A stretch of DNA of 64,000 nt from Candidatus Nomurabacteria bacterium (GTDB taxonomy: Bacteria; Patescibacteriota; Minisyncoccia; Phycocordibacterales; UBA9973). The notes beneath the pieces are model-generated. The model was not told where the DNA came from, did no database searches, and saw only the letters and a list, made by a program, of their open reading frames with translations. The stretch is taken from assembly GCA_016699085.1 (NCBI GenBank), contig CP064958.1, forward strand, positions 3,785-67,784. Reading direction: 5' to 3'. The translations under genes and the position numbers were made by a program. Numbering within the stretch: position 1 is the first letter of the stretch; every line of letters begins with the position of its first letter. Shown here one piece after another: positions 1-8,257 of the stretch.

Positions 1-1
1 T

Positions 2-472
2 GGAGCTGATGCCCTACAAAGCAAAGCAGCTGATAGTATCAGTCCAGTCGTTCAGAAAGTAGGAGAAAATATCCAACTCGGCGATGTGTATGTATTTGAA
101 GGAGATACTATTGGTACCTATGTCCACAACGGTAAGTCAGGCGTCATGGTCGCGCTTTCAGGGGGCAATGAAGAGCTTGCTAAAAACATTGCTATGCACA
201 TCGCAGCAATGAAGCCAGAATTCTTGAACAAAGAAGCTATCCCGACTGAGAAGATCGACATGATGCGAGAGATCTTCGCAAAAGAAGTAGCAGAATCTGA
301 CAAGTCCGAAGATATCAAAGCTAAAATGCTTCAAGGCAAAATCGATACATACTTCAAAGAGCAGACACTCCTCGATCAGCCATTTATTAAAAGCCCGGAA
401 AAAACTATTGCAGCTCTCGCCAAAGATGCAGGCGCAACTGTTACTAAATATGTCTATTCACATATAGGCTAG
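2..472 (+). CDS. tsf: Elongation factor Ts, C-terminal part (5' end lies upstream of window)
   Basis: Frame continues open from base 2; GGNEELAKNIAMHIAAMKPEFL and dimerisation-domain residues typical of EF-Ts. Confidence 0.8.
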   Translation, partial: GADALQSKAADSISPVVQKVGENIQLGDVYVFEGDTIGTYVHNGKSGVMVALSGGNEELAKNIAMHIAAMKPEFLNKEAIPTEKIDMMREIFAKEVAESDKSEDIKAKMLQGKIDTYFKEQTLLDQPFIKSPEKTIAALAKDAGATVTKYVYSHIG

Positions 473-473
473 T

Positions 474-989
474 ATGATCACTCTTATTATTATTTTCTCT
501 GTCACCTTACTTACACTTGTGCTTTTGATCTGCTTAAAAGCTGGCCAGATTCGCGCCAACCAAATTGCAACCGGCAAAACAAATGAATACGGCGACAAAG
601 ATTCTTGGGTCAAGAGCTATGTCTTTTCTTTCAGGATGAAAATACTATTGGCAAGCAAGCGTTTGGCCTACCAACTGTTGATCAAAGCGATCCAATACTG
701 GATACGAAGCAACCGAGCGGTCTACAAACTCGTCAAGCGACGTTTCCCGCAACTTGGTTACCTCTTGGGCGAACGACCTGTTATCCGACCAACAGCAAGC
801 ACAGAGCCAGCATCACCATTTATTGCCCATATTAAAGAGCATCAGGAATTAATAAGGAAAAATGGTGAGCAGATGATTATTGAAACAGATATTGGTGTGA
901 TCCAAGCCAATATCTCAATCAATGAGAAGAAACCTCGCACGAGACGCAAACCTGATATAACAGATTCCCAAAAAGCAGATATGTGGTAA
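474..989 (+). CDS. Hypothetical protein with N-terminal TM helix
   Basis: 171-aa ORF, hydrophobic N-terminus, no recognisable domain; overlapping alternative-frame ORF 605..835 ignored. Confidence 0.35.
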   Translation: MITLIIIFSVTLLTLVLLICLKAGQIRANQIATGKTNEYGDKDSWVKSYVFSFRMKILLASKRLAYQLLIKAIQYWIRSNRAVYKLVKRRFPQLGYLLGERPVIRPTASTEPASPFIAHIKEHQELIRKNGEQMIIETDIGVIQANISINEKKPRTRRKPDITDSQKADMW

Positions 990-1043
990 GATAGACAAAA
1001 TATAAAAGTAACAGTGTTTCAAACGTTTTAAACCAAAAATACT

Positions 1044-1103
1044 GCCGCCTTACTTGCCTGAATGACTGAAATTATTCAGTCGGGCGGGGCTCAGTTGACC
1101 CCG
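1044..1103 (+). repeat. Partial copy of tRNA-Thr 5' end (acceptor 5' strand + D-arm) split by a 35-nt hairpin element
   Basis: gccgcctta + cttgcctgaatgactgaaattattcagtcgggcgg + ggctcagttg; compare intact tRNA gccgccttagctcagttgg. Confidence 0.5.
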
Positions 1104-1167
1104 TACTCAAAACAAACTATTATATTTTTATTCTTTAAATCCTTGTTATTCAATTTATCCCTTAAGA

Positions 1168-1240
1168 GCCGCCTTAGCTCAGTTGGTAGAGCAACTGTTT
1201 TGTAAACAGTCGGTCCTCGGTTCAAGTCCGAGAGGCGGCT
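1168..1240 (+). tRNA. tRNA-Thr (anticodon TGT)
   Basis: Cloverleaf: acceptor gccgcct/aggcggc, D-arm gctc-agttggta-gagc, anticodon stem aactg/cagtt with loop ttTGTaa, T-arm ctcgg-ttcaagt-ccgag, discriminator t; CCA not encoded. Confidence 0.85.
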
Positions 1241-1342
1241 CTTAGTGGAGAAATTACTTATATGATTGATACGGGGTAAATGCCGCGACTGTTTTGCCTG
1301 TCCCGTAGCATCCATCTTACTAGGTGGATTGATTCTGGAATA

Positions 1343-1414
1343 AACAGTCGTCCTCGCCTGCCCGAATGACTAAAATCATTCAGTCGGGGGGGTTCAAGTC
1401 CGAGAGGCGGCTCC
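1343..1414 (+). repeat. Partial copy of tRNA-Thr 3' half split by a second copy of the 35-nt hairpin element; last 23 nt identical to tRNA 3' end
   Basis: aaacagtcgtcctcg + cctgcccgaatgactaaaatcattcagtcggggg + ggttcaagtccgagaggcggctc. Confidence 0.55.
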
Positions 1415-1476
1415 AGAAAATAATATCCTTGCGTAAGAATGCAATCAAGTATAAAGTACATACAAAATACTTTCTC

Positions 1477-2076
1477 ATGGATCTCATACTCTCAACAAGG
1501 AATCAAAGCAAAATCGTTCAGATAAAAGAACTTTTTAAAAATCTTGATATTACCTTACTCTCTTTAGATGAAGCAGGGATAGAAGGCGAAGCCATAGAGG
1601 ACGGCCTGAGTATTCAGCAGAATGCCTTCAAAAAGGCAGACTACGCACACAGGAAATCAAATGGTGTATATTGGACAATGGCAGATGATACTGGTCTTTT
1701 CATTAAAGTTTTGTATGGTGCTCCGGGTGTTAAATCAGCTAGATGGGCAGGAGAAAAAGCAACAACAGAAGATACTATGAATTTCTGTTTGAAATGCATT
1801 GCGGGATTTGAAGACAGAAATGCAACATTTAGAACCTCTGTTGTAGTAATATCACCAACAAGAGTTGCAAGTTATTTTAAAGGAGAAGTGGGAGGAAGAT
1901 TATTGAAAGAACCACGATGTGTACCTCAACCACAAATGCCCTATAGTCCACTTTTTATACCAAACGGTTCGGATAAGGTTTGGGCAGAGATGAGCACTGA
2001 GGAGGAAAACGCAATTTCCCATCGCGGTATTGCATTTAGGCAAGCAATTGCCTTTTTAGAAAAAATTCAAAAATGA
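1477..2076 (+). CDS. rdgB: Non-canonical purine NTP pyrophosphatase (RdgB/Ham1 family)
   Basis: MDLILSTRNQSKIVQIKELF start like Ham1 (LxLATxNxxK); C-terminal ISHRGxAF motif. ORF-track start 1366 rejected because the first 37 codons translate the tRNA-fragment repeat. Confidence 0.75.
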   Translation: MDLILSTRNQSKIVQIKELFKNLDITLLSLDEAGIEGEAIEDGLSIQQNAFKKADYAHRKSNGVYWTMADDTGLFIKVLYGAPGVKSARWAGEKATTEDTMNFCLKCIAGFEDRNATFRTSVVVISPTRVASYFKGEVGGRLLKEPRCVPQPQMPYSPLFIPNGSDKVWAEMSTEEENAISHRGIAFRQAIAFLEKIQK

Positions 2077-2108
2077 GAGCAGGCAGCTTACAAATAACGT
2101 AAGCTGTT

Positions 2109-2360
2109 TTATTTTTTCTTTAAATCTTTCGGGTTAACAGGTATTAATTTACCATCTTTTTCTATCCACGTCATCGCGCCTTTTCGTTCTTGCCTCGCCA
2201 TATACCCTTCTAATACTTTATTAGTATCCGTTCTCATAAAACTTTTAAGCCTTGCAGAGACATGGTCTGCTACAGCAGTTTTAGCTATTTCATTTTTATT
2301 TATTGGCGTAGTTTTTCTACCATGAGGCTCTCTTTGTTGATGTAATTCGTATTTATTCAT
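2109..2360 (-). CDS. Hypothetical small basic protein
   Basis: 83-aa ORF, no recognisable motif. Confidence 0.4.
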   Translation of the reverse strand: MNKYELHQQREPHGRKTTPINKNEIAKTAVADHVSARLKSFMRTDTNKVLEGYMARQERKGAMTWIEKDGKLIPVNPKDLKKK

Positions 2361-2368
2361 ACAAAAAA

Positions 2369-2632
2369 TTAGTTAGTAAATGTAAATCCTTCTTTGGTAA
2401 GTATTTCCCTCCTTTTCTTTTCCCCGCCACGATTATAGTTCCCTATTTTCCCATCTGTTCTGATCACTCGATGGCACGGAATTTTTGGATCATAATTCTT
2501 GCTCATGTAGTAGCCAACAGTACGAGATGCCTTACTATTACCTGCTCGTTTGGCAACTTCACCATAGGTCAGAACACGTCCCTTTGGAATTTTCCCGACT
2601 ATAGCCAATACTTTGTCTCTAAAAGTTTTCAT
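2369..2632 (-). CDS. MGMT-family protein (O6-alkylguanine-DNA alkyltransferase C-terminal domain / Atl-like)
   Basis: LTYGEVA...NxxxRAVG...IPCHRVI active-site cysteine motif of methylated-DNA-protein-cysteine methyltransferase DNA-binding domain; only 87 aa so single-domain. Confidence 0.7.
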   Translation of the reverse strand: MKTFRDKVLAIVGKIPKGRVLTYGEVAKRAGNSKASRTVGYYMSKNYDPKIPCHRVIRTDGKIGNYNRGGEKKRREILTKEGFTFTN

Positions 2633-2832
2633 GATAGCGGTGCGATAAAATTATCATCATAATTTACATTCGCAATGTATAAAAGTATGATACAGGTAAT
2701 AAATACTATTACCAAGAGTATAAACCGTCTTTTCTCCCAAAGCAATTTCTGCTTGATTTTATAAGGTGTTTCTTTTTGCTCAATCTGTGGTAGTGGTTCC
2801 ATATTATGATGATAGTAATCTAGCATGCACAA
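2629..2832 (-). CDS. Possible small membrane protein
   Basis: 67-aa ORF with one strongly hydrophobic helix; overlaps sortase ORF start, weak. Confidence 0.2.
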   Translation of the reverse strand: MCMLDYYHHNMEPLPQIEQKETPYKIKQKLLWEKRRFILLVIVFITCIILLYIANVNYDDNFIAPLS

Positions 2833-3409
2833 CGAAACGCTGGCTAGATGTCCAGAGGGGGGTACAAGTATATAACGTTAGTTCGCTACCAGGAGTCGGG
2901 CTTTCAATATCGAGCCTCGTCGGATCAACGATTTCTGTACTTGTGATTTCATAGGTATAGATCTGATGATCCCAAACAACTTTAATAACAGAACCTGGGA
3001 CAAGTTTGGGCAAATGGTAGAACGTGCTGCTTCTTAGGCCACCGATAGACGCATAGCGGTGCGCAATCAAAACTGTATTACTTCCCATTGGCGGCGTACT
3101 GGCGTTGGGCCTGTGCCAGACATTTTCGTGTATTTCTTTAATTGAGTCGGCTTCAATAATTTCTTGATTGAGATCAATCGATGGAATAATGAGCCGATTT
3201 GGACCACCTATAAATGATGCCGCATAGTTGTCGCTCGTATAGACTGCGGTGTTGGCAAAAACACGCTTGACTGCAAAAGTTGCTTCCGGTACATACGGAT
3301 AGACGACGAGATAAAAAGCTACAGCATAAATCACATAGCTTACGCACGTATTAACCTTTCTCCAAACTCGCAATCGCTCAGTATTATTTTTAAGTTTAAA
3401 GCTTAGCAT
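2804..3409 (-). CDS. Sortase family transpeptidase
   Basis: N-terminal TM anchor, VLIAHR His motif, LTLYTCTP (TLxTC catalytic Cys); adjacent to LPXTG substrate gene. Confidence 0.75.
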   Translation of the reverse strand: MLSFKLKNNTERLRVWRKVNTCVSYVIYAVAFYLVVYPYVPEATFAVKRVFANTAVYTSDNYAASFIGGPNRLIIPSIDLNQEIIEADSIKEIHENVWHRPNASTPPMGSNTVLIAHRYASIGGLRSSTFYHLPKLVPGSVIKVVWDHQIYTYEITSTEIVDPTRLDIESPTPGSELTLYTCTPLWTSSQRFVVHARLLSS

Positions 3410-3453
3410 ACATACTAAAGGCCAGCTTACGCTGACCTAAAGGAATACCCTAG

Positions 3454-5583
3454 TTAAATATATCGCTTTTGAAGTCCCCAGGTAATGATCATCATCATGA
3501 CACCAAGTATTGCAACACCGCTTGTTGCAGCACCCGTCTGTGGCAATGTCTCAGCATTTGCGCCTAAGACTTCGCCGCCCGTTGCTCCGCCACCACCGCC
3601 AGCATTACTTCCATTTTCAATCTTTGCTCCAAGTACTGCTCCACCACCTGATGTCGGACGACTGCCACCGGTAACCGTACCGTAGTAAGTGCCCCCAGGA
3701 AGTCCTCCACCAGGTGTAGTGTTTGTACCACCAGTAGTATCTCCTCCATTGCCACCACCTCCGCTTCCGGGAATATCATCATTAGTTATAGTGCATGTTT
3801 TGTTTTCATCTAAGCCTATAGTGATCGATCCTGCACTGTCGCAATCTCCACTGTAACTAACCTCATACCCAGTAGCACCCGTCTCTGTTACTGTATATGT
3901 TCCGACATTGACACTAGCACTTACTCCAGAGACAACTCCTGTTGCTCCGACAAACAATGGGAAGTCACTAACGATTCCTGTGCCTCCGTTATTATTGACA
4001 ACGACTTTCGTAACAGTCACAGTGCCAGTCTGAGTTCCACCACCACTACCTCCCCCACCAGGATCTTCGCAAGAATCAGGCTTTGTGTAGTAAGCATAGA
4101 ATCCATCAGCCTTTGGTGTCGTATGCATTTCAAAATTGACTGCGTCATCTACTATAGAGAATGAATCCTTTTGTGTATCCTTGAGTTCCATTTTATTAAA
4201 ATCAACATCGTTCGTAACACCCATTAGTGCTGCATTCATGAATGTAAGTGCTCCGATCGTGTGTTCATGACCATCATCTGTATGATTTGCGTATTGATTG
4301 AGTCTAACATATCCATCATTTCGTTCTATAGCAAATCCTTGGACATCTTGGTAACTAGCTATATCAGGATCGATAACTGATGCTACGCTATTACCAATAT
4401 AGAACCATGTATCTGTTGGAATTTTATTTGCTAGTGTATTACCACCAACGTAAACATCACTCGTCATGTTCCCTGCACTAGTATTTTCTAGTGTGGTCAC
4501 AGACACTTTAGCAAATGCCTTATCAGTACATACATTTGTATTTTGACATTGTACTGTACAAGATTCACTGGCGCCGCTTGTGTCGCATGATTCCCATGAT
4601 TGATTCACAGTACCATCACCACAAAATGCAGGAATGAGATCCTCACCGCCTGTATCATCAACAGTGTCGCAATTCGCAATGCCGATTCGTAAGTGGTAGA
4701 GAACTCCTGCAGTATTCAAAAGTGGATCATCGCTACCTGCCATATTGGTCACCTCGATTTTGATTGTATTTGTGCCTGCATGTAGGATGCTTGGATCAAT
4801 ATCATACTTATCTTGAGTTCCTAAAGTATAATTATCCTCACTTGCATCAGCGCCAACAGCTATATCATTTACCCACACCTGATAGGAGTTATCAGCCGCA
4901 ATCATAAGCTGTGCCTTAAAGTAGGTTTCGTCAACTGGCAATGTAAAATTTTTCTCAAATGTCTTTGTTTCCGCAATGCTTGGATTTTGAACGAGAAGAC
5001 TATCCCAAATCCAGGTTGCATTGGGTACATCTGCACTCCAAAGGCCATGTTCTGTTGTTGCCACAGCATTACCACCACCACTAACAGTATTCGCTGTATT
5101 GCTTAGGACAATCGCAGCGTCCATTTGGCATGAGTCGCCATAGGTATCCTGAAATACATCTAAAAATGGAGAGTCACTGTCTTCGAGATTGCTCACATAT
5201 ATGACACCATCGATAACGGTTTGATTTTCGAAAGCTTTCTCACTAGATTGATTTATAGTTTTCTGTATGGGGGCTGTAAATATGTCTCCTATTGCAGCTG
5301 ACATTGAAAGTACAGTTTCAATGACTGATGGAGTTTCAACGACTGTTTCAGTTGGAGGCAGAACTTCTTCTGTACTAACTGTCTCGTCTGAGATAACGCT
5401 TGGTATAGTCTCCTCTGTCATTGGCACAATAGGAGGTACTACTTCAGTAACTACATTTTCGTCTTCAGCATATGCTCGAAATGCAAAAGTATCGCCAAAT
5501 GCAATAGTAATAAATAAAAGCATACTTGCTGTAAGTATCCAAATATAGGCCTGATTCTTTGCGAGAATAGAATATGACTTCAT
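3454..5583 (-). CDS. LPXTG-anchored cell-surface protein (Gly/Thr-rich, Cys-rich module, Ig-like repeats)
   Basis: Signal peptide; C-terminal LPQTG followed by hydrophobic segment and KRYI positive tail; low-complexity GGGSGGG linkers. Confidence 0.8.
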   Translation of the reverse strand: MKSYSILAKNQAYIWILTASMLLFITIAFGDTFAFRAYAEDENVVTEVVPPIVPMTEETIPSVISDETVSTEEVLPPTETVVETPSVIETVLSMSAAIGDIFTAPIQKTINQSSEKAFENQTVIDGVIYVSNLEDSDSPFLDVFQDTYGDSCQMDAAIVLSNTANTVSGGGNAVATTEHGLWSADVPNATWIWDSLLVQNPSIAETKTFEKNFTLPVDETYFKAQLMIAADNSYQVWVNDIAVGADASEDNYTLGTQDKYDIDPSILHAGTNTIKIEVTNMAGSDDPLLNTAGVLYHLRIGIANCDTVDDTGGEDLIPAFCGDGTVNQSWESCDTSGASESCTVQCQNTNVCTDKAFAKVSVTTLENTSAGNMTSDVYVGGNTLANKIPTDTWFYIGNSVASVIDPDIASYQDVQGFAIERNDGYVRLNQYANHTDDGHEHTIGALTFMNAALMGVTNDVDFNKMELKDTQKDSFSIVDDAVNFEMHTTPKADGFYAYYTKPDSCEDPGGGGSGGGTQTGTVTVTKVVVNNNGGTGIVSDFPLFVGATGVVSGVSASVNVGTYTVTETGATGYEVSYSGDCDSAGSITIGLDENKTCTITNDDIPGSGGGGNGGDTTGGTNTTPGGGLPGGTYYGTVTGGSRPTSGGGAVLGAKIENGSNAGGGGGATGGEVLGANAETLPQTGAATSGVAILGVMMMIITWGLQKRYI

Positions 5584-5687
5584 TGTGGTAAAAAATTATT
5601 CTAGTAAAACTACTGTGGCTAAACTATGGCCTAGTAATCTCTTGTTCTTATAATGTCATACTTTAGGCACTAATGTCAACGCGCAAG

Positions 5688-6677
5688 TTAGACAAAAACA
5701 ACAAAAGATTTATTAATATAAAAGAGGACGAGCAAAAGGCAGATTACCCCAACCGTTAAAAATATCTTTCTTACATTATGAGCGCGCACTTCTACATACA
5801 TGGTACCGAGCAACGTCACCGTTAGGACGATCATAGTAACAAGATATATATCTTGAATGATATTTGGATAGGTTGATTGGATATGTGCAAACCATGTTGC
5901 ATAGCGTGTTGTGGTGGAGTTAGTATCATCCACCGCAGATTCTTGTCCAATATTCTCAACAATGATAGTTGTTGGTGTTTCACTAATCGCCACAATACTA
6001 TCTCGCTCAGTGGTTGCGCCTTTAATAGCTGACGCTACAGCTACCTCATCTGTGACAGATGGAGAAGGTTTGACTGTAGTATCAACAAGAACTGAAGGCG
6101 TTGTGAGAGTTTTGGCCGGTAGTGGTTTGCCAAAGAGTTCAACAACAAAAATACTTTTTGCGCCTTGATACATACCTTCTTTGACTGCAATACCAATATC
6201 TGTAAAGTTTTCATTTAAAAGATTGTCGCGGTGACTTATAGAATTCATCCATGCATGTTCGATATCTCCTGAATTTGCAAAATTGACTGCCAAATTCTCG
6301 CCTGCATATCTAAAGCGATAACCAGCAACATCAAACCAATACCACGGTGTCACACCCTGGGGTGACGTATGAGCAAAATAATTTTTTGCGATCATATCAT
6401 CAATTTTAAGATTTGCTGCTTTGGTCAAAAGTGGATCAATAGTTAAGGTCGGCTTATTATCAAGACTACGATCAATATTAGTCAGATCAACTAAAACCGA
6501 AGCAATAACTTCAGCGCCTTGTTTGGTAGTCGTAAGGATAAGCGAATTACCGAATGACGTGATGCACAACAAAATTGCGGCTATGCCAATCACCACAAGC
6601 GAAACTTCTCGCAAGAGATGTGGGTGGTACGCATTGCCTTCATGCGAAATAAAAAAATTTTTCAGTCGAGGTAGCAT
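5688..6677 (-). CDS. CAP/SCP (PR-1-like, YkwD-type) domain protein with N-terminal membrane anchor
   Basis: HTSPQG...GENLA...AWMNSxSHRDNLLNxxFTDIGIAV CAP signature. Confidence 0.65.
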   Translation of the reverse strand: MLPRLKNFFISHEGNAYHPHLLREVSLVVIGIAAILLCITSFGNSLILTTTKQGAEVIASVLVDLTNIDRSLDNKPTLTIDPLLTKAANLKIDDMIAKNYFAHTSPQGVTPWYWFDVAGYRFRYAGENLAVNFANSGDIEHAWMNSISHRDNLLNENFTDIGIAVKEGMYQGAKSIFVVELFGKPLPAKTLTTPSVLVDTTVKPSPSVTDEVAVASAIKGATTERDSIVAISETPTTIIVENIGQESAVDDTNSTTTRYATWFAHIQSTYPNIIQDIYLVTMIVLTVTLLGTMYVEVRAHNVRKIFLTVGVICLLLVLFYINKSFVVFV

Positions 6678-6714
6678 TTAAATATTATACAATATCTACA
6701 CTAGAAATCAATAC

Positions 6715-7500
6715 TCAGGGGAAAAAACTTCGATCTATAATCGCACCAAATGAAGCGGCTGGGATCGGTAGTGTTATAAGACCAGCTGCATATGGCGCAA
6801 CAGCGTACGGAGGGAAAAGAAAGATGATACTACTATCGGTAGTATAAAAATCAGAAAAATTTGCGATGACTGGGGCCGTGCCCGCACTTATCATATCTGC
6901 CTGAGCATAATCTCCCAACTGTTTGGCTAACATATCACCAGTGATTGTTCCTAACACGGGCAAATATCCGGACTTGGTGAAGAAACTATCCAATGTCAAT
7001 GCTTTGCCTGTCGTGTCATAGGAAAATGTTTGTATATCTTGGAAACCATGTGCTCCTCCTGTATCTGTATAGATTTGCATGACATAGGTTGCGACCATAG
7101 CTGAAGACTTAATATCATACGTAATCGTCAGAATATATTTTCTACCATCATTTAAACCGAAATTTTCTTTCTCAATTTCAGTTAGACCTGTTGGATCATT
7201 TTCTTTTTTAAATGTTGCAATAGTTTTCTCGACATAGTCCCCTATCATTTTCGCGGCAGGGCCATTCTTGGGATAGGTCGCATGGATAGAGAAATAAGTA
7301 CTCTCTTCATCAGTATGTGAGTTTTGGATGACTACTTCTTCTATTTCAGTCGGTGCAATTTCTGGTACATTCGTATTGTTATTTTGGAGCTCTAACGGTA
7401 ATACCGGCACGTACGTCTTCTGGTACCAGGTATAAATACCAAATACAATAAGCGCAAAAAGCACGAGGTAGGCAAGTATTTTTCCTTTTTTCTTTGCCAT
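6715..7500 (-). CDS. Membrane-anchored DUF3298/DUF4163-like (RsiV-like) protein
   Basis: N-terminal TM; TDTGGAHGF motif characteristic of DUF3298. Confidence 0.45.
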   Translation of the reverse strand: MAKKKGKILAYLVLFALIVFGIYTWYQKTYVPVLPLELQNNNTNVPEIAPTEIEEVVIQNSHTDEESTYFSIHATYPKNGPAAKMIGDYVEKTIATFKKENDPTGLTEIEKENFGLNDGRKYILTITYDIKSSAMVATYVMQIYTDTGGAHGFQDIQTFSYDTTGKALTLDSFFTKSGYLPVLGTITGDMLAKQLGDYAQADMISAGTAPVIANFSDFYTTDSSIIFLFPPYAVAPYAAGLITLPIPAASFGAIIDRSFFP

Positions 7501-7522
7501 AATGCTTTGAGTATAGCACAGT

Positions 7523-8254
7523 CTACTTACTATTCACTGTTCCACTTTCAGGCAGTGCAGTGCTACTCGTCGCATCAAGAGCTTGAGTTGCTTCAGCGGC
7601 CAATCCTTCAGGCAAATCAGGCAAGATAGCCTCAACGTCTTCTATTGTTTTAAATCCGGTATAAAGCTTGCCATCGATTATGAGTGCCGGTAGTTTAGTA
7701 TCTTCTATTTTATAAATTGAAATTAGCGCGCGGATAGCAGAGAGGTCAAGTCCGTAGTCAAATGAGTACACACGAAGCTTGGAGTATTTCTCACGAAGCG
7801 ACGTCAGTGCGAATCCCTGCTTAATACATTCGCTACAGTTCTCGCTCGTCGTATAGAAATAGAGAATAAAGTGCGACGTAAAACCACAACGTTCGCTGAT
7901 TTTCTTCAAAAGCAAATAGTCCTTGATCTCAAGTAGTGAATAATACTTTTTTAGACTCGTCACACTATCTTCATCAGTAATATGCTCTTCACTGTAGGTT
8001 ATTTTCTCAGCCAGTGAATTGAGCTCCTGCGTCAACACTGACTCATCGACATCCTTACAGCTTAAATCTTCATCCAAGAGTGAGAACTGCGTCTCAGTCG
8101 ATAGAATATCAATCGAGATCTTATCCTGAATGCTTTTGATATTATCGATTTTCTTTTGCGTAAACAAATTACTCAGATATAGTGCTGTCACAAACAAAAG
8201 AAGCGTAATCGCAAAGACAATAACATATTTTTTCCAATCAATTTTTGCATTCAT
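7523..8254 (-). CDS. Membrane-anchored thioredoxin/glutaredoxin-fold CxxC protein
   Basis: N-terminal TM; CSEC (CxxC) followed later by LPALIIDGKLYTGF resembling the glutaredoxin cis-Pro/GG region. Confidence 0.4.
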   Translation of the reverse strand: MNAKIDWKKYVIVFAITLLLFVTALYLSNLFTQKKIDNIKSIQDKISIDILSTETQFSLLDEDLSCKDVDESVLTQELNSLAEKITYSEEHITDEDSVTSLKKYYSLLEIKDYLLLKKISERCGFTSHFILYFYTTSENCSECIKQGFALTSLREKYSKLRVYSFDYGLDLSAIRALISIYKIEDTKLPALIIDGKLYTGFKTIEDVEAILPDLPEGLAAEATQALDATSSTALPESGTVNSK

Positions 8255-8257
8255 ATA

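Noticed and set aside
605-835. 76-aa ORF overlapping 474..989 in another frame
   Set aside because: Fully nested alternative frame with no support; treated as a shadow ORF.
1366-1476. ORF-track start of rdgB at 1366
   Set aside because: The first 37 codons translate the tRNA-fragment/hairpin repeat; Ham1 homology begins at Met 1477.
3485-3685. Pro/Ala-rich 66-aa plus-strand ORF and other antisense ORFs inside the LPXTG gene (3564..3782, 5267..5548)
   Set aside because: Antisense to a long well-supported gene; their low-complexity composition mirrors the Gly/Thr-rich sense strand.
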